A stretch of DNA of 64,000 nucleotides from Octopus sinensis. Lineage: Eukaryota. The first letter of the stretch is position 1. Each line of letters begins with the position of its first letter. The stretch spans positions 117,056,001 to 117,120,000 of the forward strand of contig NC_043003.1 in the NCBI RefSeq assembly GCF_006345805.1, read 5' to 3'. This document shows positions 13,626-27,697 of the stretch, piece by piece. Made by a program: the position numbers and the translations under genes. Under the pieces are notes generated by a model that saw only the letters and a program-made list of their open reading frames with translations, was not told the DNA's origin and searched no databases.

Positions 13626-14497
13626 TAGTAAAAAGAGAGACAGTTGACCACATCATCTCTGGCTGCCCAGTCCTTGCCAAGTCTGAATATGTATAGAGAT
13701 ACGACAAAGTAAGCAGCTATATCGACTGGACAATATTCTAACATTACAGCACAAACTGATAGCAGGTGGCATAAACATGAGCCAAGCAAGGTATAAGACA
13801 ACGATCAGGCCACAATCATCGGGGATATACTGGTCCAAACTGACAAAGAAATAGAAGCTAATTGCCCAGACATAAAAGTGAAGGATTGGGTTAAAAAAAC
13901 CCTGCTTACTGATAGAAGTTTGCAGTCCCATCTGATCAAGAGATTGTCAAAAAATAGAAGTGGAGAAATTGTCGAAGTACAAAGACCTCGAAATTGAAGT
14001 ATTCAAAACGTGGGGGATGAAGGCAAGAACAATACCAACAATAAATGGAGCACTGAACATGATAAAAATATAATATTAATAAAAAAGTAGAAGCTACACC
14101 TGGATCTTCAACACTACACACTGTCCATAAAATAGCCCTTCTAGGAACAGCCCACATCTACGCAAAACACAATTTAATAATACAACATAAACAAAATAAC
14201 CCACAAACACAAAACGCATTCTATAGAGCATTTAGCCAATAAAATAAACTGCCACCAGCAAGTAAAAAAACCCAAAGCATTACACACTCACCACAGAATG
14301 CGAGCAGTAATACAACAAAAGACCTCAAGGAAAAACGATAACACAATACAGTACCGGAAAGATTTCGCACATTCCCAACAGATGAAAAGAACACACAATG
14401 CTGCACACACCCCAGCAACACGGTGGTGCAGCAAGTAATGCAGCAGGAATTTGCCTCAGTCTACCAAATATTGAACAGTTATATTATAATGAAAATG

Positions 14498-14542
<45 letters not shown>

Positions 14543-14563
14543 GTAATAATAATAACAATAATA

Positions 14564-14595
<32 letters not shown>

Positions 14596-14709
14596 CATCA
14601 TCATCATCATCATCATCATCATGGTGCTGGTGCTGGTGATGGTGCTGGTGGTTTTGGTGGTGGTGGTGGTGGTGGTAGTGGTGGTGGTGGTGAGAATGTT
14701 TTTTCCACT

Positions 14710-14880
14710 ATAGGTGGAAGGCCTGAAATTTGTGAGGAGCTGGTAAATCGTTCCCATGGACTCCAGGACGCAACTGGTACTTAATTTATCGACCCCGAAA
14801 GGATGAAACGTAAATTCGAACTTGACGGAATCTGAACTCAGAACTTAGATATAGGCGAAATACCGCTAAGTGTTATCATG
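14710..14880 (-). mobile_element. SINE family B, diverged
   Basis: Matches the family B consensus. Confidence 0.65.
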
Positions 14881-14884
14881 TATA

Positions 14885-15200
14885 TGATTTATCTCGGTGT
14901 AAAAACATGGGCTATAGCAAATATTCTGCTCAATACCACAGATTTACTTGTCATTTGTGGCTGAAGATATGTGAATCATTGATCACGAGCAGAAGTAGTT
15001 GAGGAACATCATAGCTATGTGGTGTTGGCTATTTTCGGGGGCTTGAATAATTTACCTCTGGAAACATAGGTGTTTCGTTCAACATACTCAGCCCTCATTC
15101 GGAGACCTTTTGAGTGGGATGGGCTACTCGACCTGAAGAAAATGCTAACTGGGACCCACCTGCAAGGTCATGCGTTGTTTATCTTGATGTGAGCTATATG
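14885..15200 (+). mobile_element. old fragment of family C element (reverse complement of the sequence at 30107 and 42701)
   Basis: atgggctatagcaaatattctgctcaataccacagattt..gatcacgagcagaagtag..cctctggaaacat matches the reverse complement of 42701-43245. Confidence 0.75.
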
Positions 15201-15561
15201 TCCCTAACACCATAACATATTCTGTTCACAAGAGGCATATTGTATAACGAATTCATGGTTTTTCTGCACTCAAGAAAAGTATGAGATGTTCATAAAGAGA
15301 AAGTTTTGATCATACGTAACCTCGATCCAGCTAACCAGTGGATAAAAAAAACCTGACTTTCTGTCGGTGACGACGATGAGGGTTCCAGTTGATCCACTGA
15401 AAGTAACAGTTTGATAGTGAAATAGAAATGCAAGTGGCTGAGTACTCCACAGACATGCCTATACTGAACACGTTGGCTCCTGAGCCTCATTTTACGTTTT
15501 ATCCCAGGGTCCCAATACCATATCTTTTTCTCATGAGCGGCTAATATTTTTACACTATAAG

Positions 15562-15750
15562 GTGGCGAGCTGGCGGAAACGTTAGCACACCGGGCGAAAT
15601 GCGTAGCCGTATTTCGTCTGCCTTTACGTTCAGAGTTCAAATTCCGCCGAGGTCAACTTTACCTTTCCTACTTTCGGGGTCGATAAATTAAGTACCTGTT
15701 GTGTACTGGGATCGATCTAATCGACTACCCTCTCACCAAACATTTCGGGC
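15562..15750 (+). mobile_element. SINE family B
   Basis: ggtggcgagctggcggaaacgttagcacaccgggcgaaatg head and body. Confidence 0.85.
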
Positions 15751-17399
15751 CTTGTACATTATACCATAATTTTACATTATACCATATGTGAGGTAAGGAT
15801 CACATAGGTAGCATTAGATACCCACATCCCATCGGAGGGTGGTGTGGTATCCTAGTTCATATCACATCCTAGATACCACACGATCTACCCTTAGTCAATT
15901 AAAAGTTTTGGGTATTTTTGGAAATCTTTTCAAAAAGAACTATTATGGTTTCCTTGACAAATAAAATAGTTTTCATTCCTTTCTGTTTCTATTTAAAAAT
16001 TTGCCAATTTTTCCAAAAAGAACTATTTTTGTTTCAATGGCAAATGAAATTTTCTCAATCTTTTATTTTGCTTCATCACATGGTGAATTCAGAAATAAAA
16101 CGTAAAAAAATATAATAAAACTCTATACAGAATTGTTCTCCCCGTGTTCTCTTATTGTAGCAGAAGCACAAATCAAATCATTCGAAGCATTCCAGCTCTC
16201 AGAAAGCCCATAAGAAAGAAATTTAAAAATGACCCGCTGGTGGGTCGTATGGGACTGGCTAACATACCACCACGACCCAGGACGTGTGGGAGCCAATGTG
16301 TTAATGAAGTTCGCCGGGAAATTCAGTTCCAACGCATTTCGCCAGCTCAGTGGACCGGAACAACGTGAAATATAGTACACTGCACGAAGACTCAGCGCAT
16401 CCCCAGGAGTCGAACTCAAAATCTTATGACCGCAAGCCCACTACCCTAACCACTACTCCACGCGCCTTCCCAATTGCTGGCTATGCTACGGAATAACACG
16501 AACAAAACTACTATTACCACCATAAACATCGTAATCACCATCATCATCAACAGCAGCCATCCAAGAATTTGGACATGGAGGTCACCATTTCCAGCGACTT
16601 CGAGGGCCACCTTCCAGTGGTGTCGGGCCTCAACGAAGAGCCCTCGACTACAACAAGACGACCAAAGTTTTTTTTTTTTTCCAAGGTCTCGGGATCCCCC
16701 GCCCCTAAGCCCTAGACCATCACCTAATCACCCTTACCCGTCTTGTTTGCTTAACAACAACATCATCAACAGCAATAAAAGCAAAATGTTCTCCAGTCGT
16801 ACTTCTAATAAAGGCGCGGACATTAGCATCAATAATAACACAGCAACCACTACCACTACTACCACCAATACCACGAAGAGGAACTCCTCCAAAGCGTAGC
16901 AACAATATCCAACGCTAGAGACTACAACAACAACGGCACCCTACCATCTATACAAACAGTAACAACACCAACTACCTCAATGGCAATGCTTCACTATCGC
17001 CACCTACAAAATACAACAATGATATTCAGGAACAGCAGCGCCATCTGTAACGGCATCGACACCAACATCAACAACAACCGCAGCACCAGCTGCAGCAGCA
17101 CAGCAACGCTACCAGTAGCGATAGTATCCCAAAGGATGTATTCTGTAAGGAGGTGGTATATAAAGGCTATAGAGATAATTAAATCCATAGAAACTAGAAT
17201 GTAGGAACTAATTCAACAGTTAACTCACGTTTCCGAACTTCAGCTCTTTGTTGCAGGCTTTTATTCATCGCTTCACCGTTTTCTTTAGCGTTGCCTTCAC
17301 ATTTTTACATTAGAAAACATTCTTCCTATTCTTCTCGCTTAATTTGCTTTCCATTTTAACTCTGAGTCCGTCTTATCCGTGCTGTCCACGCCATGTTGC

Positions 17400-17448
17400 T
17401 CGATTCTATTATTATCACTATTATCATTATTATTATTATCAATATCAA

Positions 17449-17520
<72 letters not shown>

Positions 17521-17544
17521 CATTATTATTATTATCAATATCAA

Positions 17545-17602
<58 letters not shown>

Positions 17603-17618
17603 GTTATCAATATTATTA

Positions 17619-17662
<44 letters not shown>

Positions 17663-17665
17663 ACT
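17400..17665. repeat. (ATT)n microsatellite with internal duplication
   Basis: Directly visible. Confidence 0.95.
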
Positions 17666-18408
17666 GTTGTTCTTGTTACTATACTTTTTTCTTTTTGTAC
17701 GATGTACATATATGTGTGTGTGGATATGAATTATGTATATAGCTACATGCATACATTTATATATATATATATATATATATATAGTATATATATATATATA
17801 TATATATATAAATGTATGTATGTATGTATGTATGTATGTATGTATGTATAAAAAGCGAGTGGGATGCGGAACGGGATGGAGTCGGGGGTTATCATTCTTA
17901 TGAATGCATTCCTTGTATATATCAGCGTTTCTCTATATGTGTGTATGTATGTGTAAATGAATTTGCGAGTTTTTATGTGCGAAAAATAAGTGTAGATATT
18001 TTTACGAATATTGATGTAAAACGAATAAAATGATATGTGCATATACGCGTATACGATTTGTATATATCAATACGGCTTTACATACATAAACACGTATACA
18101 TACACACACATTCATGGGGGCGAGCGAGTGAGTGTGTATACGTGCGAAGCCGAGATACTGAAAGAGAGTCAAAGGTATACATACATACATACATACATAC
18201 ATATATGTGTGTGTGTATATGTGTGAGTGTATGTATGTATACATATATACATATATGCATATATATAAAAAAAAAATATATATATATAAATAAATATATA
18301 TATATATATATATATATGTATACATATATATATACATATACATATGTATATATATGTATATACATATATATATATACATATATATGTATATATGTATATA
18401 TATATATA

Positions 18409-18460
<52 letters not shown>

Positions 18461-18489
18461 ACATATATATATGTATACATATATGTGTT

Positions 18490-18576
<87 letters not shown>

Positions 18577-18884
18577 ATATATATGTATATATGTATATAT
18601 ATATATAATATATATATATATATGAAATGGTAAGTAACTGCAATTCCATGCAAAGATGTATGATGTATGTATATGCACGCTTACGCGTTCGCACAAACAT
18701 CCCTAATAGGCGCATGCTACGGTGCATATATCATATATACCAGCCTACACATATTCGTAGATTCAACACATGAATATTCATTCATCTAAGACCACCTGCC
18801 TATTCTTTTATATGAATATATGTATGGCTGTAGAAATCCTTACATACGCCAATAAATGCACACTTGCATACACGCGCACACTCT

Positions 18885-19700
<816 letters not shown>

Positions 19701-20050
19701 ACCTACATACACACATGCATACATACATACACACATACATACATGCATACACGCATACAAACATACATACATACATACATACATACATACATACATACAT
19801 ACATACATACATAAATAAATACATACATTTTATTTCTCTCATTCAAACTCGTATCCATAATTTCTAAACTTATATATTTTCCCCTAATCCCATTTTTTGG
19901 CGGTTCCCTTTTTTAATCCTCTTTTACTACATTACTTATCCTCCACTTATTACACGACGCTCTCTTGTAACCATACTAGTATTCTTGGGAATACTGAAAT
20001 TATAAATGTTAGATATATTTTTCTCCATATTCTTTAGTTTATCTTTAACA

Positions 20051-20451
20051 TCTTTATATATAAAAGTGAGGTTGTGTGCTGTCTGTCTCCTACGATTTAG
20101 ATTCCGAACTACTCCCACATTTTGCGGTGCAGTTTAACCAAAACCGGATAACTTATAGTCGTGATTCATATCCAGCCCTTCTGGGTATTAGCGCGCGTCT
20201 ACGATGAGTCTACGATTTAAAAAAAAATTTACCATCAATTTTTCCCATTTTTAATGCATTTTTGACATATATAAGGGAAGTAACTCTCTAAAAATTTATT
20301 ATTAAATCTCAGAACGTAAAAAGCTACAGTAACACCACCACCCCCCTTTGTGGTTAGCCATATTGAGATGGCTATTATACTTTACATCTCCAAAAATGCT
20401 TATATAGTTATTTCCCTTACAAACCCGAGCAACGCCGGGCGATACTGCTAG
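20051..20451 (+). mobile_element. non-autonomous Helitron
   Basis: 5' a|TC(tttatatataaaag); 3' hairpin cccgagcaacgccggg followed by ...CTAG|t. Inserted between A and T with no TSD. Confidence 0.85.
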
Positions 20452-20717
20452 TATTCTATAAATTTCTCGTCCACTTTTCAGTTAAATTCTGAATTCAAGA
20501 TTTCTGAATTAAAGATTTATCTCTTAAGGGCACACCTACCCGCTTAGTTGTACCCCACTTTTTGCTTTCTTTTTCCTTTTTCTGTCTCCGCATATCACAT
20601 TCTAAGGTCACGGGAATACTTCTGCTGGCTAGCATGTGGTTTAATGCATATATCCTAACACCCACATCACTTCCCGTACCACACACATCACTAATATCAT
20701 TATTTTTATCACTATAA

Positions 20718-20910
20718 TGCGGCGAGCTGGCAGAAACTTTAGCACGCCGGGCGAAATGTTTGGCGGTATTTTGTCTACCGTTCTGAGTTCAAATTCGACT
20801 TTGCCTTTCATGCTTTAGGGGTCGATAAATTAAGTACTTGTTGCGTACTGAGGTCGATCTAATCGACTTGCCCCGTCCCCCAAAATTTAGGGCGTTGTGC
20901 CTAGAGTAGA
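20718..20910 (+). mobile_element. SINE family B
   Basis: Matches the family B consensus. Confidence 0.8.
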
Positions 20911-21202
20911 AAAGATTTGGAGTGAGTGCAAATGCAGATTTGTACATTTTATTTTATGTATGTATTCTGAGGCATATTTATGTATTGTATGTATTGGTGA
21001 ACTTGGGCTTTGAGATGCGAATGCAAAGCTTGGTTTTTCATGAAATGAAACCAGCTAGCTAATACGCAAGTTACAAATGCAATTGGTAAGTGGAACAAAT
21101 AAATTATGCAAAATTTATCTAAAGTTTATAATGTGACATTGTTTTTCGATCTACACCAAACAATTTAGATAATTTAAAGCATAAATACATGTACGCATAC
21201 GC

Positions 21203-21573
21203 TTTTACTCTTTTACTTGTTTCAGTCATTTGTCTGCGGCCATGCTGGAGCACCGCCTATAGCCGAGCAAATCTTTGTAAGCCAAGTACTTATTTTATCG
21301 GTCTCTTTTGCCGAACCGCTATGTTACAGGGAAATAAACACACCACGATCGGTTGTCAAGAGATGTTGGGAGGACAAACACAGACACACAAACATATATA
21401 CATATACATATATACGACGGGATTCAGTTTCCGTCTACCAAATCGACTCACAAGGCTTCAGTCAGCCCGAGGCTATAGTAGAAGACACTTGCCCAAGGTG
21501 CCACGCAGTTGGACTGAACCCGGAACCATGTGGTTCGTAAGCAAGCTACTTACCACACAGCCACTCCTACGCC
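21203..21573 (-). mobile_element. SINE family A
   Basis: Matches the family A consensus. Confidence 0.88.
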
Positions 21574-21653
21574 TATGTATACATAGGTACATACATGCAT
21601 ACATACATATATACATACATATAAACATGCATACATACGTACATAGATACATA

Positions 21654-22858
21654 TTGTGTCGTGCCGTAATCAATGGGTGTTTTTAATTACATGAACTAAA
21701 ATTCGGAGGGAAGCGGGCAAACCACCTGTATCAACTTGCTATAAAATGAGGTAGTTATTTTACATTGATATCGTTCTTAGTGCAAGTTTTGAAGAGTGCA
21801 GTTCGATTATAACAGTTATTTCTTTCAAAGCTATAACGGAAGTGACAAAGGAGCACATTTGGCATATTTTGCTGTAGGAGTTCAATAAAGGCAACAACGC
21901 AACGGAAAGTGCGAGGAATATTCATGCAGTATATGGGGATCGGACAATAAGTGTAAGCCAATGTCAACGGCGCTTCCAGAAATTCTGAGTCGGAAAAACT
22001 ACAGCCTAGAAGACAAGCCTCGTCCTGAATGATCTGTAGAGCTCGACGATGCAGTCCTGCAAAACCTGGTGGTACAAAACCGTATCATAACTGTTAAGGA
22101 ACTATCAGAGAAGTTTGGATTTACTCAAAGACCATCCATCGACACCTGCATGCCATCGGAAATGTCAGCAAGTTGGGTTAATGGGTTCCTCACAAATATT
22201 CCAAGTCAAATCGTGCGCAAAGAGTGAATGTGTGCTCTTCTTTGCTGTCATGTCTCACGAGTGAACCCTTTTTTTGACCGAATAATGACTGGTGAGGAGA
22301 AGTAGGCCCTTTATTAAAAATGTGAGGCGCCGAAAACAGTGGGTAGGGAAAGGAGTAAACTCGCACCCCAGGTTAAAAAAGGTCTTCCCCACACAAGATG
22401 TTTAGTCCACTTTCAACTTTTAAACCAAAACCAAATCATAGCAAAGATCTACTGCGCTCAGCTTGAGCGGCTTACGTCAGGGCTAGATGTTCTTCAATCA
22501 AGATAATGCTCGGTCACATACAGCAAGGATGACATTCCAAATGATGGAGCAATTTGAATGGGAAACGAAGCCCCGCTCACCATATTCGCTAGACATTGCC
22601 CCATCTGATTATCATTTATTCTGCAGTTTTCAAAATCATTTGGACAGGAAAAATATGAATTCTGTAGACGAGGTCAGAACAGTGCTGAAGGACAAGTGAA
22701 TAGTGGAAGAGGCGCCCTGCAAGTCTGCCAGATAGAAGGAAGATCATTGTAGAAAATGAGGAAGAGTATATTTTAGATTAAAAAAAGTACTTTGTTTATC
22801 TTAAATTTGAAAAGTAGAGGTATAAATTAAAAACCGCGTTATCTATGGGATGACCCAA
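21654..22858 (+). mobile_element. mariner (DD34D) DNA transposon, decayed transposase
   Basis: EFNKGNNATESARNIHAVYG (HTH region), QDNARSH and SPYSLDIAPSDYHLF (YSPDLAPSD). Diverged TIRs ttgtgtcgtgccgtaatc.. / ..atctatgggatgacccaa, flanked by TA. About 1.2 kb. Confidence 0.92.
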
Positions 22859-23010
22859 TACATATATATGTTATTCATAAATTATATTCATGTACAAGGC
22901 TGTATTCGGCAACGGGCTATCGTATATAATGCACTTGCAGAAAGTATCGTAGAAAAGGATTGAACAGAAAGCACACGGTTTTTTACCGAACATCCTACCC
23001 GCGCAGCCAT

Positions 23011-23091
<81 letters not shown>

Positions 23092-24044
23092 ATGTGTGTA
23101 ATATATATATACATATATATATATGTACATATATATATATATATATATATAATTTCTTATATATGTATGTGTATATACATACATATATATATTGCGAATC
23201 TATAAAATTTTTTATTATATTTCTCCATTTCGAAATTGTCTTGGTATTTATTGATTATAATTAGTGAGAATCAAATATTTTATTACTACATTTTCTTCAA
23301 AATTTTATTATTTATAATGATTAGGAGATGATGATGATGATGATGATGACGGCGGTGGTGGTGGAGGTGGTGATGATGATGATGATGATGATAGTGAATG
23401 TTGTTGTTGTTACTGTTTTTTTTTCTTCGAGACAGTTGCTTTGTATGTTTTTTGAATATTTATTTATTTTTTTTACTGTTTTGTTTTCTTCATGTGTTTT
23501 CACCTTGTAGATTTTGTTGAAATGTAATTTATTTATATTTTCTTTTCGTTGTTGTTGTTGTTGTTGTTATCGTTGTTGTATGCACGCGGTTGTCCTTGTT
23601 TTTGTAAAATATGTATTTTTGTTTTGGTAATTTTTTTAAATTTCTTATAGTAGTTCTTTATCATTTGTTTTTTTACTATTTTTCATTTATATAACTTTGC
23701 ATATACATTTATGTATTTACGCATGCATGTATATTATATATATATATACATATGTATGCAGACATAATTTTTGTCTTTTAATCTGCCATCTTACTTCTTC
23801 ACGTCCGAAGCAAACGCTAGGATTAATAAACCTAACAAAACATGGTTTTAACGATTTAATTGAAAGAAAATATAAAAAGAAAAAAAGTTTTATCAAATAT
23901 AAAAAAGACTGCTGAACAAAATCAATAAAAATAGATAAATGTAATAAAAGATTTGGTAAGATTATTAATCTTACTCAAATCATGATTTGTATACAGCTCT
24001 TTTATTGAGATGGTGAAGTGAATGCAGTGGTGGTGGTGGAGGGG

Positions 24045-24084
<40 letters not shown>

Positions 24085-25444
24085 CAGCAGCAGTTGCTGT
24101 TGTTGTTGCTGCTGTTGATGTAGGACTGATCTAATAAAACTATAGACTCTTAGAAGACTGTATTTATGGAAGTTATTTTGGTAGAGTTAAGCCCAACATT
24201 AACACAAAGCAGGCCTGTGTCTAGGTGCTCCAGCCGTGACCATCATATTTTATTATTTTAATGTTTTTTTGGCCTTTCTTGCTGGAATAACTTATCAAGA
24301 AACTAATTTTAAATTTTCAAATTTTTTTCAAATAAAAATAATATTTTGAGGAATAGTGTCCGTTATTTCCAAGTAGCGAAATTCCTTGCACTTCCTTATA
24401 AGGAAGAGAACAAATTGAGAAAAACCGAGGCTTCAACACGTGCAGCAGGCCCCTCTTTATGATTGCCACTAATACAGATGCTGCTGATGCTGTTGTTGTT
24501 GCTGCTTATCTTTTTAATGGACATAGATGTAGTAACCAGAATAATGGTTACTACATAATAGATGTAGTAACCAGACATAGATGTAGAGTCCAGAGTAAGC
24601 CGAGGGGCGATGTACGTAGAACTAAGTCGACTGGGTTGGGAAATGGAAGTTGCTGTGTTGTTCCCCAATTATTGTTTAACTTCTGAGACGAAGAGTAAAC
24701 ATCGAAGCTTTTAAAGTCTACGTATGATCTGACCCTTTCGCATCTATCCTCCGACAACAGTGGGGCGATCTTTAAGTATCTAGGGTTTTTCTTGGCGATG
24801 TCCTGCTCTTAAGCGAAAGAGATTGGAGCGACATCATGCAAACGCGATGGGACTGCGTAGATTTAGCGATCAATTGGGAGAGGGAAAATCTTCGCAAATA
24901 TGGTGAGACGTTTCCAACTATTTGCATAGAACCGACTCGACTTCTCCAATTTGGACATGAGCAAACTGCACTTAGTCTCCCCGGTTGTACCTAGATAGAC
25001 CATTCTGTAGACCAGAAGGTAGGGTTACCTAATGTTGACCACGATTTAATCCCATCGTAATTGTTGACCGTACATTTTAACATATACAGATGACTGTAGA
25101 TGTGTAAATCTTACGAAACAAGATTAGCCAATTGGGTTAAATGTTCGTTGACAGGAACAATTATCAACGACTAAAGCTGGGTCTCCTTCAGTGGAGCAAT
25201 TGGAAGACATTCGGTAGGATTTTTGGGGTACAAATGATATAGAACTCTCTTAAATGTAGACCGAAGTTGAAACATAAAAGCGGCGTTTAGAGGAAATCCC
25301 TTGAGACCGACGAATTGATAGTAAAACCACAAACAATACGGAATAAATAGCTCAAAACAACACAGCAAGAAGTCTGAGACTCAAGTTCATAACGTTGTGT
25401 CTACCAAAGTATATATTGTCGGCCTTACATACATACACATTCAT

Positions 25445-25872
25445 ATATATCATCATCATCATTGTTCGACCGTGGTCGAGACAATAGAATTTACCATGCT
25501 ATGCCAGACTTCACGGTCCATCATGGCATTACGGAGGTCCTGTTGCTGGATGCCTGTATCCCTGAAGATTACATCAGGGTAGGAGAGTGTGCGCCCTCTG
25601 GTATTGCGAGTAGATGGCTTCCAGAGGAGAAGAGTAGAAATTACCTCTTTTTCAGCTCTACAACAATGTCCAGCAAACTGGACTCTCTTACCTTTCACAA
25701 GAGATGACACAGGTGGTAGTTTCCCATATATTTGCATTTTGGTTGGATGGCGCTTCCACGAGAGATTTTGAGCTCTCATAAGGAGGCGAGTGTAGGTTCC
25801 ATCCAACCGCCTCTCAAGCTTCTTTGATAACGTCCAGGTTTCTGAGCCATATAGTAGAATTGGTTCGACAAT
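25445..25872 (-). mobile_element. RTE-clade LINE 3' end
   Basis: PILLYGSETWTL..RRLDGTYTRLLMRA..VQFAGHCCRA..AMMDREVW, stop codon, then a (TGA)n tail. Confidence 0.88.
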
Positions 25873-26059
25873 TGGTTCATATGCACATGTGTGTATGCGT
25901 GTATGCATGTGTGTGTGTGTGTGTGTGTGTGTCTGTATTTGAACATATAAACCCTCGACAGAAAAAAGTAGAGTTTTTGTAAATATGGCAAACGTACCCA
26001 CACCTCATAGATACGCGGGCTCATATACTCCAATATCAGACTGTTTTCTTCAGCCAATG

Positions 26060-26061
26060 CT

Positions 26062-26098
<37 letters not shown>

Positions 26099-26131
26099 GG
26101 TGGTGGTGGTGGTGGTGGTAGTAGTAGTAAC

Positions 26132-26169
<38 letters not shown>

Positions 26170-26207
26170 CGGTAGTGGTGGTGGTGGTAATAGTAGTAGT
26201 AGTAGTG

Positions 26208-26249
<42 letters not shown>

Positions 26250-26250
26250 A
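26060..26250. repeat. (TAG/TGG)n compound microsatellite
   Basis: Directly visible. Confidence 0.95.
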
Positions 26251-26460
26251 GGCAGTGAGCTGGCAGAATCGTTAACATGCCGAGCAAAATGCTCAGCGGC
26301 ATTTCGTCCGTCTTTGTATTCTGATTCCAAATTCTGCCGAGGTGGACATAGCCTTTCATCCTTTCGAGGTCTGTAAAATAAGTACCAGTTGAACACTCGG
26401 ATGGATTTAATCAGCGCATCCCCTCCTCCAAAACCGCTGCCCTTGTGGCAAAATTTGAAA
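26249..26460 (+). mobile_element. SINE family B, diverged
   Basis: Matches the family B consensus. Confidence 0.75.
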
Positions 26461-26764
26461 CCGTCATTATTATTATTTACAGGAATTTTCAGTCATCTCT
26501 GCTTTGTTAACGCAGGAAATGAAGATGTTTGTTTCCTTAAAAAGAAACCTAATCAAATTATTGTTCTTAAATCTAACGGAAAGTAAGTTGGTGTAATCGG
26601 TTAGCACAATTATCTCCAATATAAGAAATATGGGTTCGTTTCCCATGCGTACAAAAAAAAAGTTTCTCAGTCGAGGGCATGCATGCTTCTAGTATCTGAC
26701 TATTTTTCTTTAGCGACTAAACGGTGATCGCTTATAAGTTCCAAGCTTATAATTATTATTTAGA

Positions 26765-26795
<31 letters not shown>

Positions 26796-26798
<3 letters not shown>

Positions 26799-27001
26799 CC
26801 CTGCGTGTATCGTTGGCGATTTTCTTTCTCCGTCTTCCCTTCCTTGGATCTTTCCTTTTCCTATGTTTCTGACGACGAGCTCCGCTTGAAACGTTTAATC
26901 CTCCTTCTTTCTTTCCTTTCCTGAGCGTCCAATAACACTATATTTGTTCCACGTCCTCGCGTTGTTGTGTTTTCTCTTTGTGCTTTTATGTTTGGATTAA
27001 C

Positions 27002-27004
<3 letters not shown>
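26796..27004 (+). mobile_element. (TA)n-embedded short element with a hammerhead-like motif (26865-26900)
   Basis: CUGACGA-c-GAGC ucc GCUU-GAA-ACGU-U. (TA)n on both sides. Confidence 0.55.
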
Positions 27005-27042
<38 letters not shown>

Positions 27043-27117
27043 TAGAAAAAACACCTTTTATCAATTCTAATTGAACATTTCCCTGTAAGTTTGGAATAAT
27101 ATTCCCTCAAATTATCA

Positions 27118-27204
<87 letters not shown>

Positions 27205-27299
27205 TATACACGAAATTATGATAAGCATAAGCTTATATCATTTGGTTCCTACGTCTGTATCACCAGTGTGGTCATTTGCTCCCGCGCTCTCATTATGCA

Positions 27300-27697
27300 T
27301 TACTCTCTTTTACTTGTTTCAGTCATTTGACTACGGCCATGCTGGAGCACCACCTTTAGTCGAGCAAATCGACCCCGGGACTTATTCTTTGTAAGCCCAG
27401 TACTTATTCTATCGGTCTCTTTTGCCGAACCGCTAAGTAACGGGGACGTAAACACACCAGCATCGGTGGTCAAGCAATGCTAGGGGGACAAACACAAACA
27501 CACACACGCACATACATATATATATACATATATACGACAGGCTTCTTTCAGTTTCCGTCTACCAAATCCACTCGCAAGGCATTGGTCGGCCCGGGGCTAT
27601 AGCAGAAGACACTTGCCCAAGATGCCACGCAGTGGGACTGAACCCGGAACCATGTGGTTGGTTAGCAAGCTACTTACCACACAGCCACTCCTGCGCC
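27300..27697 (-). mobile_element. SINE family A, full length
   Basis: Matches the family A consensus. Confidence 0.92.

Larger units (their letters stand above)
11358..14500 (+). mobile_element. 5'-truncated R4/Dong-clade non-LTR retrotransposon (RT + CCHC + restriction-like endonuclease), decayed, with two nested SINEs
   Basis: Motifs in order: DKVPNFLLKHL, YRPMTCL, EEQKGC, WTDYQKSFDSVPHLWI, FQGESLSPLLF, CMDGLKLY (YMDD), YKYPG, EGGRRL, KCRM..HIISGC, RYD (RHD), PDIKV..LIEV, EKLSKYKDLEIE, KIALLGTAHI. Begins after (AAT)n and ends in (AAT)n. Confidence 0.9.

Noticed and set aside
14398-14784. Asn/Asp/His/Gly-rich 128-aa ORF resembling a transcription-factor low-complexity region
   Set aside because: It is made of the R4 element 3'UTR, its (AAT)/(GAT)/(CAT)/(GGT) tail and an antisense SINE.
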